From assembly GCA_964587385.1 (NCBI GenBank), contig CAZPLA010000041.1, forward strand, positions 43,289 to 107,288: a DNA stretch of 64,000 bases. The letters run 5' to 3'. The notes under the pieces were generated by a model. It searched no databases and was not told the origin of the DNA. It worked only from the letters and a program-made list of their open reading frames with translations. The stretch comes from an uncultured Dehalococcoidia bacterium (GTDB lineage Bacteria > Chloroflexota > Dehalococcoidia > Lucifugimonadales > GCA-2712585). Below are positions 10,027-20,097 of the stretch, piece by piece. Both the position numbers and the translations under genes were made by a program. Positions within the stretch are counted from its first letter, which is position 1, and every line of letters begins with the position of its first letter.

Positions 10027-10731
10027 ATGTCCGTAATAACCATAAATGGTCAAATAGGAAGTGGAGGCCAAGAAGTAGGTTTAGAGCTAGCATCCAAATT
10101 AGGATATAACTATTTTGATCGACTAATATTTACTCAAGTCTCCCGCAAAATAAATGCTACCGTTCAAGCTATAGCCTCTAAAGAAACCGCTCCAAGTAAA
10201 TTTATAGACCGAATTACTTTATTCGTCCAAAAAATGCTGGAACGATCTGCATTATCAGGCATAGGCGGTGAACCTTATTTTGGACCCGGAATCGAAACCC
10301 TTCTTTCATCTGACTATTATTCCGACAACACCAACTACCCGATTACCCACTCACATCAACTAGATGATAAAACCTACATCCAGGTCATTAGTGAAGTCCT
10401 ACAGGAATTAAGCCATGAGGGAAATGTCGTAATAGTTGGCAAAGGAGGAAATCACATACTTGCTTCGTATCCTTCCACGTTACACGTAGGGATTTTTGCT
10501 CCCTTAGAAATGAAGGTGGATCTGATAATGAAGCGCGAGCACCTTCCCTCTCTGGAAGCCAAAGCTTTCATCAAAGAACACGAGTCATCTAGAATTGATT
10601 ATTTCAAGAAATTCTTCAAACAACATCCATATGACACATCTTTTTACGATATAATGTTAAATATGAGAAATCTTTCGGTGACAGAAGCTGCCGATATTAT
10701 CGAACATAGCATAACTCAAAAAAACACGTAG
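10027..10731 (+). CDS. cytidylate kinase-like family protein
   Basis: 'VITINGQIGSGG.EVG..LA', 'GNVVIVGKGG', 'YDIMLN'; start moved to ATG 10027. Confidence 0.8.
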   Translation: MSVITINGQIGSGGQEVGLELASKLGYNYFDRLIFTQVSRKINATVQAIASKETAPSKFIDRITLFVQKMLERSALSGIGGEPYFGPGIETLLSSDYYSDNTNYPITHSHQLDDKTYIQVISEVLQELSHEGNVVIVGKGGNHILASYPSTLHVGIFAPLEMKVDLIMKREHLPSLEAKAFIKEHESSRIDYFKKFFKQHPYDTSFYDIMLNMRNLSVTEAADIIEHSITQKNT

Positions 10732-10743
10732 AGAGCAATTAAA

Positions 10744-11052
10744 ATGCCAAGTAAAGGAAAACGTATCGCTAGTAAGCGGTCTACATCGAATCAGAAAAGG
10801 AAACGCACCCGAGGACCTTCAGGAATACCTCATCAACCATCCGTAATCCAGGCGGAACGGATTACAACGGACTCATCCCCTGAAACAAGAATGGAACCTA
10901 AAGTAGAACAACCGCAACTAAATCCAACCCGCTCTGAGTCCAGATCCAGGAATAGCGTCTATAATTTCGTAGGCCCAGAAGTTAGACGGATATTAGCTCT
11001 CAGTACTACTATCATGACAGTGCTGGTAGCCATCTCATTCTTTATTCAGTAA
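10744..11052 (+). CDS. hypothetical protein, basic N-terminus and C-terminal TM anchor
   Basis: 102-aa ORF tightly packed between neighbours; Lys/Arg-rich start and hydrophobic C-terminal helix. Confidence 0.65.
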   Translation: MPSKGKRIASKRSTSNQKRKRTRGPSGIPHQPSVIQAERITTDSSPETRMEPKVEQPQLNPTRSESRSRNSVYNFVGPEVRRILALSTTIMTVLVAISFFIQ

Positions 11053-11065
11053 AGACTTTGCCTGA

Positions 11066-12931
11066 ATGACTCCTAATAGATTCGCTCACCGTCTACGACT
11101 TGCCCCTACAAAACCTGGCGTTTATGTGATGAAAGATCACAAAGATAGTATTTTATACGTAGGTAAGGCTTCCAATATAAAATCCCGTGTAAGTTCTTAT
11201 TTTGGAGCCTCGACTACACATACTCCTAAAATCGAACGAATGCTATCGCATTTATTTGATTTCGAATTCACCGTCACATCTTCTGCCTCAGAGGCTCTTA
11301 TCCTAGAAAATACCCTCATCAAGAAACATCATCCAAAATTTAATGTGCGTTTAAAAGATGACAAAACTTATCCGTATATTAAAATAGATAAGCGCGAACC
11401 TTTTCCACAAATCTATATCACTCGCCACTTAGAAAACGACTCCGCCCAATATTTCGGCCCATTTTCGGATGCTCGCAGTGTCAGGAAAACCGTAGCACTT
11501 CTTAAAAAACTGTTTCGCTATAGGTCCTGTACTAAAACAATAACAGGAAATGCACCACGGGCCTGCCTAGAATACTACATCAACCTGTGTGATGCTCCCT
11601 GTATTGGAGCTATCTCTCAAAAAGATTATCATCACATCATTGATCAAATCATTCTATTTATGCAGGGAAACACCCGCCCAATACTGTCGGACTTACAACA
11701 ACAGATGCAATCAGCTTCTAATAATCTCAACTTCGAGAAGGCAGCAATCTTACGGGATCAAATAAAATCAATCAAACAAATTTCAGAAGAACAAAATGTA
11801 AGTTTCCCAAGGGGACAGAATCACGGTATTGACGCTATAGGCATGGTTTCAGTTAACGACAATGCCTGTGTAGGGGTTCTATCTATTCGCAATGGCCGCC
11901 TGATCGGAATAGAAACTTTTATCATGGATAACACCCAATTTGAAACCCCTGAGGTCCTCATGGAAAGTTTCCTCCAGCAATTTTACCTATCTCTTTCTAC
12001 TCCCCCTAAGAAAATTCTTCTACAAAATTCACCAATTAACCAAGATGGAATAAAAAACTGGTTTCAAGAAACTCACAAAAAGTTTATACATTTAGCTACA
12101 CCTAAAAGGGGTAAGAATCTTCATTTAATAACACTCGCCCAGGAGAATGCTCGGCAACGACTAACCCAATTCCTAGCTAAATGGTGGGGTAATACGAATA
12201 CAGTTAATGAGAGCTTATCTGAATTACAGGAACAACTTAACTTACCTGTGCCACCAAAACGAATCGAATGCTACGACATTTCCAACATTCAAGGTACGAA
12301 TGCAACAGGAAGCATGGTCATATTTCAAAATGGACTTCCTTCTCCTAAATCATACCGTCGATTCAAAATCAAAAACACTCCCACAATAGACGACTATGCC
12401 ATGATGAAAGAAATTCTCACACGTAGATTTCAACGAATTTCCAACTCCAGATCCAAGCCGAATGTCCCCTTAAAAAAAGATAGGGAACGTAATAACACAT
12501 GGTCCGTATGGCCAGACCTAGTTATAATAGATGGTGGAAAGGGGCACCTATCCTCAGCCCTCGAGGTCCTTCTTAACCTAGGACTGGATTCCATACCAAT
12601 AGCTTCCATAGCTAAGCAAGATGAGTGGATCTACGTTCCTCAAACACCTGAAGCTATAATCTTGCCCAGAAGATCTCAAGGTCTAAAGTTAGTTCAAAGA
12701 ATTCGAGATGAGGCTCATAGATTCGCCATTACTTACCATCGTAATTTGCGCAACAAGTCCTCTCTTACATCCTCTCTAGACCTTATTACTGGACTAGGAC
12801 CCAAAAGAAAACGCAACCTTATACGAAAATTTGGGTCAGTCTCAGGAATTAAAAAGGCCAGCGTTAAACAACTGGTTACGACACCCGGCATAAGTAGCTC
12901 TCTAGCCCTCAGAATTAGACAAACTTTATAA
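11066..12931 (+). CDS. uvrC: excinuclease ABC subunit C
   Basis: GIY-YIG 'PGVYVMKD...LYVGKA', UVR domain 'FEKAAILRDQI', 'RIECYDISN', 'DGGKGHL', 'RDEAHRFAI', C-terminal HhH. Confidence 0.97.
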   Translation: MTPNRFAHRLRLAPTKPGVYVMKDHKDSILYVGKASNIKSRVSSYFGASTTHTPKIERMLSHLFDFEFTVTSSASEALILENTLIKKHHPKFNVRLKDDKTYPYIKIDKREPFPQIYITRHLENDSAQYFGPFSDARSVRKTVALLKKLFRYRSCTKTITGNAPRACLEYYINLCDAPCIGAISQKDYHHIIDQIILFMQGNTRPILSDLQQQMQSASNNLNFEKAAILRDQIKSIKQISEEQNVSFPRGQNHGIDAIGMVSVNDNACVGVLSIRNGRLIGIETFIMDNTQFETPEVLMESFLQQFYLSLSTPPKKILLQNSPINQDGIKNWFQETHKKFIHLATPKRGKNLHLITLAQENARQRLTQFLAKWWGNTNTVNESLSELQEQLNLPVPPKRIECYDISNIQGTNATGSMVIFQNGLPSPKSYRRFKIKNTPTIDDYAMMKEILTRRFQRISNSRSKPNVPLKKDRERNNTWSVWPDLVIIDGGKGHLSSALEVLLNLGLDSIPIASIAKQDEWIYVPQTPEAIILPRRSQGLKLVQRIRDEAHRFAITYHRNLRNKSSLTSSLDLITGLGPKRKRNLIRKFGSVSGIKKASVKQLVTTPGISSSLALRIRQTL

Positions 12932-12957
12932 TTTTCAACTTGCTGTTCAAAGTTATT

Positions 12958-12974
12958 AATCGAGTAACTCGATT
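12958..12974. promoter_or_regulatory. perfect 17-bp palindrome, putative operator
   Basis: AATCGAGT-A-ACTCGATT upstream of TATAAT (13010-13015) and the 13027 ORF. Confidence 0.5.
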
Positions 12975-13026
12975 CGCAACATAAAAGCCGCTACCTTCAT
13001 TAGACATTCTATAATATACTGACACT

Positions 13027-13527
13027 ATGCTAAAACTCACAATCGACCAACCCAATGGTTCTAGAATAATTATCGAATGCAGTGATCCTCAATCTTATTC
13101 AGATATTATTGCCTCAATTACAACTAATCTACTTTCTGCCAATCCAGAAGGCATCTCCATCTCCAATCCTCCAAATACCGCAGTTTTATACGCAACAGAT
13201 AATGAGCCATACACGTCTGATTATAACCATGATAACTTTTCCCGATTTTGCCATTCCATCGAACCTATAAGCGATATGCAAAGAGTTGTCGTGGCTACCG
13301 AAGGAGCTCGGCGATTCCTAGGAATACCGCAAGTTTCCACTTATGAATTAGAATCCTTATTTAATGCCGTATCCTGGCCCAAACCACATAATTTCTTACT
13401 TACATTACGCAACGCTGGTAGTAAAAAATTCGGATGGCTTAGAAGAGTCCCAGGTAATTCTGGTTACTATACGGTTACTGACAAAGGACAACAAAAAATA
13501 CTGCCCGAAACTGGTTCCGTCAGGTAG
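13027..13527 (+). CDS. hypothetical protein, possible C-terminal winged-helix domain
   Basis: 166-aa ORF. The C-terminal 'LRN...GWLRRV...GYYTVTDKG' resembles a wHTH wing followed by Y.(L/V)T..G. Confidence 0.6.
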   Translation: MLKLTIDQPNGSRIIIECSDPQSYSDIIASITTNLLSANPEGISISNPPNTAVLYATDNEPYTSDYNHDNFSRFCHSIEPISDMQRVVVATEGARRFLGIPQVSTYELESLFNAVSWPKPHNFLLTLRNAGSKKFGWLRRVPGNSGYYTVTDKGQQKILPETGSVR

Positions 13528-13570
13528 GACTAAAATCATTTCAAACCCCACAATTGAAAGAATTCATCAT

Positions 13571-13599
13571 TTGACACTCTTCCCTCAACATGCTAGCTT
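13571..13599 (+). promoter_or_regulatory. sigma70-type promoter of ttuB-ttuA
   Basis: TTGACA, 17-nt spacer, TAGCTT with extended TG. Confidence 0.55.
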
Positions 13600-13617
13600 T
13601 GCATCTTAAATCAAGCC

Positions 13618-13815
13618 ATGAAAGTAACTATTCGAAATCCAGTACGCCGTGAAATCGCGATCGACGGCAGTTTAAAGGTCCACCAATTACTTGCCCAATT
13701 AAATCTCAATCCAGAATCACATATTGTAATCCGCAATGAAGAACTCCTTACAAGTCACGATCTAATTAAAAATGACGAGGCCATTGAAATAGTATCGGCT
13801 ATATCCGGAGGATAG
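13618..13815 (+). CDS. ttuB: ubiquitin-like sulfur carrier (ThiS/MoaD/TtuB family)
   Basis: 65 aa ending 'IEIVSAISGG'; adjacent to a TtuA-like gene. Confidence 0.8.
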   Translation: MKVTIRNPVRREIAIDGSLKVHQLLAQLNLNPESHIVIRNEELLTSHDLIKNDEAIEIVSAISGG

Positions 13816-13820
13816 TTGTA

Positions 13821-14756
13821 ATGCAATGCAAGAAATGCCATAAAAAAGCCAGTGTTGAATTACGGCGTCATAACACAGCTTTTTGCCCACTTCATTACAT
13901 AGGATTTGTAAACGACCAGGTTTCTCGAAATGTCAAAAAACATGGCATGTTTACCCCTAATCATAAGCTGCTACTAGCAGTATCAGGAGGCAAAGATAGC
14001 TTAGCTCTTTGGGATATCTTAACAACCCAAGGATACAATGTAACTGGTCTACATCTTAAATTAGGGATAGGAACCTATTCCGTGAAAGCATCTGAGAAGA
14101 CTCGCATTTTTGCCGCAACTAATGAACTCCAATTAATCGAATACGACCTTGAAGATGAAATGGGCCTTGGCGTCTCACTCTTAGCTCGCACACTAAAAAG
14201 GGCTCCTTGTTCTGGATGCGGTCTAAACAAACGCTATTTTTTTAATAAACTCGCCCTCCAATTCAAATTTGATGTCCTACTCACGGGGCATAACCTAGAC
14301 GATGAGGCTGCAACATTATTCGGCAATGTTCTCCACTGGCAAGACCAGGCATTAAGCCGCCAATCACCAATCCTAGAAAGTACACACCCAAATCTGGTTA
14401 AAAAATGCAAGCCCCTGTATACCCTGACTGAGAGGGAGATCGCCAGCTACTGCCTTTTACGCAAAATCAACTATCAAGAAGAAGAATGCCCTAATGCGGC
14501 CGGAGCTCATTCTTTACTCTATAAAGACGTACTCAACAGAATTGAGCTCCAATCGCCAGGAAGCAAACACCAGTTCTTACAAGGGTTCTTACGCAAAATC
14601 CGCCCTTCTTTCCGCTCCCAAGAATCGATAACATTAAATGAATGTACTTCCTGCGGCATGGCAACCACTAGCCAAGTATGTTCATTTTGTAAAATGTGGG
14701 AAAGAGCTCATAAACTTAAGGCTCCCAAGTCAATCAACCAACCTTCTAAGCGATAA
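13821..14756 (+). CDS. ttuA: tRNA 2-thiolation protein, TtuA/Ncs6 (TIGR00269-like) family
   Basis: N-terminal Zn finger (CKKC...CPLH), PP-loop SGGKDS, CSGC, GHNLDDE, EECP, C-terminal CTSC...CSFC. Confidence 0.85.
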   Translation: MQCKKCHKKASVELRRHNTAFCPLHYIGFVNDQVSRNVKKHGMFTPNHKLLLAVSGGKDSLALWDILTTQGYNVTGLHLKLGIGTYSVKASEKTRIFAATNELQLIEYDLEDEMGLGVSLLARTLKRAPCSGCGLNKRYFFNKLALQFKFDVLLTGHNLDDEAATLFGNVLHWQDQALSRQSPILESTHPNLVKKCKPLYTLTEREIASYCLLRKINYQEEECPNAAGAHSLLYKDVLNRIELQSPGSKHQFLQGFLRKIRPSFRSQESITLNECTSCGMATTSQVCSFCKMWERAHKLKAPKSINQPSKR

Positions 14757-14767
14757 CTTTTGAATCG

Positions 14768-15055
14768 TTAATTTCCGACCCAAATCACCAAAATTCCAAG
14801 ACCTAATGGAATAGCCAGAAGAAAATAGCCAATAGTTTTTATTTCTTCTTCCAGCCGCAACAATGATATGGGAGGACCTTCAAAAATTTCTCTATTAAGA
14901 AAATAACTTGCCCATATTGGAATCGTTCTTTTCGACAGTGGAGAGCCGGGGAAATACATAGCTGAAGCCACAATGCCCAGAATTCTTCTAGGTCGCAGAA
15001 TCATGCAAAATATGAAAGCCGTTAAAACAACAGTAAATAAAAGAAGCCGCCACAC
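14768..15055 (-). CDS. small hypothetical membrane protein
   Basis: 95 aa with hydrophobic N- and C-terminal segments; fills the gap after the ABC operon. Confidence 0.55.
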   Translation of the reverse strand: MWRLLLFTVVLTAFIFCMILRPRRILGIVASAMYFPGSPLSKRTIPIWASYFLNREIFEGPPISLLRLEEEIKTIGYFLLAIPLGLGILVIWVGN

Positions 15056-15139
15056 GTCTTTTTTACCTACAAAATAAAAAGTCTACGTAATTCAACAAGC
15101 CAACGACAGGCAACACGGTAGCCGACATTCCTACTCCAT

Positions 15140-16420
15140 CTATTCGGACGACTTATCTTCCTGATTAGAGTCGGCCTCTAATTGAGCGTCAGATGTATTG
15201 TCATTCTCTTTCGCAACCCCTGACCCTTCCACGTTAACCACCTTTTTCGCTTTAGCCTGACCTGCCGCGCGCGATGCCTCGACCGCCCTCGTTGCCTCTT
15301 CTGCACTAGCAACTGTCGAACCAATGCCAGCCGCAATTGCCCCCTTCAATTTCAAAACCGACTGTTCCGCTTCCAAGCCCGTTTTGAAAAGAAGCCCCCC
15401 GGTTTCGACCGAAGCAGTTGCTCCTCCAGTATACAAGTGACACGCCACCTTATGACCAGGCGCCGCCTCGGCCAATACTGGCATTTCTCCCTGACATCTT
15501 TTCATCAGTTCAGAATCGGCCAGAGCCGCAGGACACCTCGGATGAAAACTACAACCAGAAGGCGGATTTATTGGTGAAGGAACTTCACCCTGCAAAACAA
15601 TTTCCGTCGTCTTTATATCTGGATGGGATGGAAGTGCCGCAGAAAATAAAGCGTTCGTATATGGATGTAAAGGATATTTAAATAGATCTTCTGTTTCACT
15701 ATGTTCAACAATTTTACCTAAGTACATAACAGCCGTTGTATGCGCCATATATCTAACAGTGGCTAAATTATGAGCGACAAGTAAATACGCTACATTGTAC
15801 TGTTCTTGCAAATCTACCAACATGTTCATGATCTGCGCTCTAATGGACACATCCAAAGCAGAAACGGGCTCATCCAACATTATCAGCTTGGGATAAGAAG
15901 CCAGACTACTAGCAACCGCTATTCTCTGCCTTTGACCACCACTAAATTCATGAGGAAATAACGGAGCCTGGAACGGGTGTAGTCCGACCTGAGACAACAA
16001 TTCTGCCACCCTATCATCCACTTCCTGTTTGGTTACATCTCTATTAGCAACTAAGGCCTCAGATATAATGTCACGCACTCGCATTCTTGGACTGAGAGAG
16101 GACCAAGGATCCTGGAATACTGCCTGCACAGTTGCCCTATATTCCCTAAGCTCCTGCCCCTTAAGCGTATGTACATTTTTACCGTAGACCTCTACAGAAC
16201 CATCCGTTGGATCCTCCAACTTCAAAACTGTTTTAGCTGTTGTAGTTTTACCACAACCAGACTCACCCACAAGACCTAAGGTTTCTCCTTCGGTTATGGT
16301 GAAATCAACGCCATCTACGGCTTTAACATATCCCAGCGTCTTTTGTAATAACAATCCCTTGGTAACAGGAAAGTGTTTCCTTAAATTTTTAACCTCAAGT
16401 AGAGGAGAGCTGCTTACCAT
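15140..16420 (-). CDS. oppF: oligopeptide/dipeptide ABC transporter ATP-binding protein (OppF/DppF-like) with C-terminal extension
   Basis: [32 protein letters not shown], '[20 protein letters not shown]'. Confidence 0.9.
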   Translation of the reverse strand: MVSSSPLLEVKNLRKHFPVTKGLLLQKTLGYVKAVDGVDFTITEGETLGLVGESGCGKTTTAKTVLKLEDPTDGSVEVYGKNVHTLKGQELREYRATVQAVFQDPWSSLSPRMRVRDIISEALVANRDVTKQEVDDRVAELLSQVGLHPFQAPLFPHEFSGGQRQRIAVASSLASYPKLIMLDEPVSALDVSIRAQIMNMLVDLQEQYNVAYLLVAHNLATVRYMAHTTAVMYLGKIVEHSETEDLFKYPLHPYTNALFSAALPSHPDIKTTEIVLQGEVPSPINPPSGCSFHPRCPAALADSELMKRCQGEMPVLAEAAPGHKVACHLYTGGATASVETGGLLFKTGLEAEQSVLKLKGAIAAGIGSTVASAEEATRAVEASRAAGQAKAKKVVNVEGSGVAKENDNTSDAQLEADSNQEDKSSE

Positions 16421-16426
16421 GTTGAG

Positions 16427-17473
16427 TTAGGCCTCCAACATTTCTGTGATTTCTTCTTTGGTTGAAGAAGGTATCTTATCCCACGATTCATCATGTCTCC
16501 AACAACTCGCATAGTGGTTTTCGCCAAAAGAGAACCTGGGAGGATACGCTTCAATGCATTTGCTCTTTGCATACTGGCATCGATTCGTAAACCTACATCC
16601 TACTGGCAAAGCGTACAATTGAGGAGGTTGACCATCTATCTGAAACAAACGATCAGTTTTTTCTTCCATTTTAGGAACTGAACCAATCAGCGCTTCAGTA
16701 TACGGATGAGATGGATTATTGAATATCTCCCTTACTGGTCCCTCTTCGACGATTCTCCCTGCATACATTACTGCCACTTTATCGCACATTCGAGCAACTA
16801 TCCCAAAATCGTGAGTAATAAATATAATCCCCATGCCCGTTTCGGCCTGTAGTTCTTTCAGCAGTCTCAAATATTGTAATTGTATTGTTACATCGAGAGC
16901 AGTAGTTGGCTCATCCGCAATGATGACTTTTGGTCCCCCAGCCATAGCTATAGCTCCAATTACCCTTTGCTTCATTCCACCGCTCATTTGATGGGGGAAG
17001 TCGCTAAGGCGCCTTTCCGGAGCGGCAACTCGGACTTTTCTGAGGCTTTCTTCAGCCTCTTTCCTAAGATCGTTTTTAAGAAGATCATCTCTTCTGTCTA
17101 AAGTTTCAATTATCTGGTTCCCAACAGTATAAACAGGGTTAAGAGAAGTCTGTGGATCTTGAAGAATCATAGAGATTTTAGGACCTCTTACATTCCTCAT
17201 TTCTTTTTCGGGAAGCTGAAGTATATCTTCACCATCCAGCACAATCTTCCCTTCTATAATTTGAGCTGCCGGTTGCGGATGTAACCTCAATAACGAGAGA
17301 GCAGTCATGGTTTTACCACAGCCTGACTCTCCTACGATCCCGAGGGTTTCACCTTCTTTCAACTCGAAGCTGATTCCATCAACCGCCTTGACAGTCCCCC
17401 ATCGATTGAAAAAATAGGTATGTAAATCCTCTACTTTTAACGCTGTGCGCCGTGTATCTTTAGTAGCATCCAC
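16427..17473 (-). CDS. oppD: oligopeptide/dipeptide ABC transporter ATP-binding protein (OppD/DppD-like)
   Basis: [39 protein letters not shown]. Confidence 0.9.
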   Translation of the reverse strand: MDATKDTRRTALKVEDLHTYFFNRWGTVKAVDGISFELKEGETLGIVGESGCGKTMTALSLLRLHPQPAAQIIEGKIVLDGEDILQLPEKEMRNVRGPKISMILQDPQTSLNPVYTVGNQIIETLDRRDDLLKNDLRKEAEESLRKVRVAAPERRLSDFPHQMSGGMKQRVIGAIAMAGGPKVIIADEPTTALDVTIQLQYLRLLKELQAETGMGIIFITHDFGIVARMCDKVAVMYAGRIVEEGPVREIFNNPSHPYTEALIGSVPKMEEKTDRLFQIDGQPPQLYALPVGCRFTNRCQYAKSKCIEAYPPRFSFGENHYASCWRHDESWDKIPSSTKEEITEMLEA

Positions 17474-17479
17474 CTTTCT

Positions 17480-18898
17480 TTACACCTGCCTAAGTTTCGG
17501 ATCCAATTTATCTCTAATCCAGTCACCCAATAAGTTGAGCGCAAGAACCGCCATCATAATGGCAACCCCTGGGAATAACGATACCCACCAAGCGGCCACT
17601 ATTAATTCTCTACCGTCAGCTACCATAACGCCCCAAGCTGGCTGAGGCCTTGGTATGCCTACTCCCAAGAAGCTAAGAGATGCTTCGAACAATATAGCGC
17701 CGCCTAATTGTAATGTTGCCACGATTATCAGTGTGTTCAACACGTTAGGGAAAATATGCTTCATAATTATTTTTAGATGCGAACTACCAGCAACCCTGGC
17801 ACGAGCCACATAATCCATCTGCTTAATTTGCAAAGTTTCTCCCCTGGCAAGACGAGCATATGTAGCCCAATACGCCAGAGTGACAACTATAACTACCGTC
17901 CCAAATGATTGACCCAATACAGCTACTAGTACTAGCGCTAATAATAATCCAGGTATAGAAATCTTTATATCAACTAGTCGCATAATCACAGAATCAACCC
18001 ATTTCCCTGCGTAACCAGAAAGCATTCCCAAAAAGCTACCTATAGTACCAGCGAAAAATATAGCTATAGAACCAATAGTTAACGATATTCGGGCTCCATG
18101 AAACATCCTAGTAAGTACGTCTCGACCTAATTTATCACTACCTAGCAAATATTCTCTTTGTCCATCAGGTCTAATTTGTCTTACTACTTCATCTACAAGA
18201 AGCAGTTCCTCTTTTGTACCATGTAAGTAGGAGGTTTCGGAGAATGCCACTCCGACCTTTGGCTTTATCACTTTCCCTGTATCATCGGTGACTTCTATAG
18301 CATCCTTAGCCTGTACTCCCTGGAGTGTAGCTCCCAATGGCGAGAAGGTGACTTCATCAATTAAAGCAATACCAGTTTGATATTCCTTACCCCTCTGCCA
18401 AACTCCGCCATTCTTAAATGGAATTGCATTCTGAACCACCACTAGTGGGGGAGGCAACAATACTCTTATGTTTTCTTCGGTGGCACCAGGATAAAAAAGC
18501 GTTTGACTAATTCTTATGTTCTCTCCACCCTCTTCGTAAAAAAGCCTTCCTAAAATCAATTCCCCGTTAAGAACAGCTTTCCCGGATCTAGATATCTGAG
18601 CTCCAGGTATAGGGGTATCCTCGTTATATACGGTGATATCATCCCAGTTCACTCCACCCTTAAGAGTATCAACTCTTGCCTTTTCCCAAGCAGGGGGAAT
18701 GAGTCTCTTGGCAAGAGTGCCTACTTCAGGATCGTGCCCCCTCCAATTGCTCCATAAATCAGCGGTTGTTGCAGGCAAAACCATGAACACCAGAATTGTC
18801 AAAATAGGGAACAGGGGAAGCCGTCTTGCTTCCTTTATAAATTTCCATAACCCTATAGGTGTATACCAAGCCGGTTTTGATGGTATTTGTACTGCCAT
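17480..18898 (-). CDS. oppC: peptide ABC transporter permease (OppC/DppC-like) with large insertion
   Basis: 'LIPPAW' is separated by a long insert from 'YLLGSDKLGRDVLTR'; EAA-type loop 'YVARARVAGSS', 'ALNLLGDWIRDKLDP'. Confidence 0.88.
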   Translation of the reverse strand: MAVQIPSKPAWYTPIGLWKFIKEARRLPLFPILTILVFMVLPATTADLWSNWRGHDPEVGTLAKRLIPPAWEKARVDTLKGGVNWDDITVYNEDTPIPGAQISRSGKAVLNGELILGRLFYEEGGENIRISQTLFYPGATEENIRVLLPPPLVVVQNAIPFKNGGVWQRGKEYQTGIALIDEVTFSPLGATLQGVQAKDAIEVTDDTGKVIKPKVGVAFSETSYLHGTKEELLLVDEVVRQIRPDGQREYLLGSDKLGRDVLTRMFHGARISLTIGSIAIFFAGTIGSFLGMLSGYAGKWVDSVIMRLVDIKISIPGLLLALVLVAVLGQSFGTVVIVVTLAYWATYARLARGETLQIKQMDYVARARVAGSSHLKIIMKHIFPNVLNTLIIVATLQLGGAILFEASLSFLGVGIPRPQPAWGVMVADGRELIVAAWWVSLFPGVAIMMAVLALNLLGDWIRDKLDPKLRQV

Positions 18899-18923
18899 TT
18901 CTTACCAATTACTCCAATTTAAC

Positions 18924-19850
18924 CTAATCGTACCTAATACGAGGATCTAGATAAGCATATAAGATATCCACTATCAAGTACGCAAAAATTAATATTGCCG
19001 AAAAGAATATTGTGCTGGCTTGAACTACTGCGTAGTCTCTAGCATTCACTGCCTGTATAGCAACGAATCCTACCCCTGGCCAAGCAAATACTGTCTCAGT
19101 GATTACAGAGCCCGTCAGAAGGCCCGCTGCCAGGCCACCAAAAAGAGTTAGCGGTGCTATTGCAGCATTGCGCAAGCAATGTTTCCAAGTTACCTTCCAT
19201 TCCGGCAATCCCTTAATCCTTGCCATTTTTACATATTCGCTGTCAAGAACATCCAACATTGTGGATCGAGTGATACGCATGAGCGCTGCCACATTCCACG
19301 AGCCTAGCGTGATAGCAGGTAGAATATAGTACTTCCACTCCCACCACTCGCCCTTTCCTGAAGTTGGGAACCACCCCAATACTACTGCGAAAACCCACAT
19401 AAGCATTATGGCCTGCCAAAAGGACGGAAGAGCTTGACCCAGCAAAGCTACAATTTTGCCAATATAATCCCAGCCAGTATCTTTCTTTACAGCCGTGAAA
19501 ACTCCCATGAACATGCCTAGCGCAGTGCTAATGACGAATGTGAATGCGGAAATTTGGAGTGTATTAGGAAACTTGTCTAGTATGACTTTAAGAGCTGGTT
19601 GCTGCCATTTCCAAGACTCTCCCCAATCCCCTTGGAACAACTTCCACATGTACAGTAAGTATTGATGCCATAAAGGCTTATCCAAACCCCAATACTTAGT
19701 CATTCTTTCGAAGTCTTCTGGAGTTGCCTCAATAGGAAGATATAAGTCAACTATACTGCCGCTAAGCCTTGTTAAGGCAAATACCAGCATAGAAACGCCA
19801 AGCATGGCGATTAACGACTGACCTATTCTAAATAAAACGTATCGTTGCAT
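18924..19850 (-). CDS. oppB: peptide ABC transporter permease (OppB/DppB-like)
   Basis: 'GLDKPLWHQY', 'RITRSTMLDVLDSEYVKMARIKGL', 'VDILYAYLDPRIRY'. Confidence 0.92.
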   Translation of the reverse strand: MQRYVLFRIGQSLIAMLGVSMLVFALTRLSGSIVDLYLPIEATPEDFERMTKYWGLDKPLWHQYLLYMWKLFQGDWGESWKWQQPALKVILDKFPNTLQISAFTFVISTALGMFMGVFTAVKKDTGWDYIGKIVALLGQALPSFWQAIMLMWVFAVVLGWFPTSGKGEWWEWKYYILPAITLGSWNVAALMRITRSTMLDVLDSEYVKMARIKGLPEWKVTWKHCLRNAAIAPLTLFGGLAAGLLTGSVITETVFAWPGVGFVAIQAVNARDYAVVQASTIFFSAILIFAYLIVDILYAYLDPRIRYD

Positions 19851-19964
19851 ATCCCGCGACTACTCCATTATTAAACTTTCATCACGCAATTAGGACCACC
19901 CGTTACCACAATGAAGACTAACTTCACTTTGTTTTTAACTAATGGGTCCACAACAGTTCGCGGC

Positions 19965-19993
19965 ATTATAGCATGCAAAACCAAGCTTTACAA
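19965..19993 (-). promoter_or_regulatory. sigma70-type promoter of the peptide ABC operon
   Basis: Minus strand TTGTAA, 17-nt spacer, TATAAT with extended TG, about 115 nt upstream of oppB. Confidence 0.65.
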
Positions 19994-20097
19994 CTTAGTT
20001 TCCAAGCTTTCTTTCCAAACCACGCTCCGGGACATTGATTATGCCTATTTCATTTATTTTCTTCAGTAAACTGAACCTATTATTACCATCACTAATA

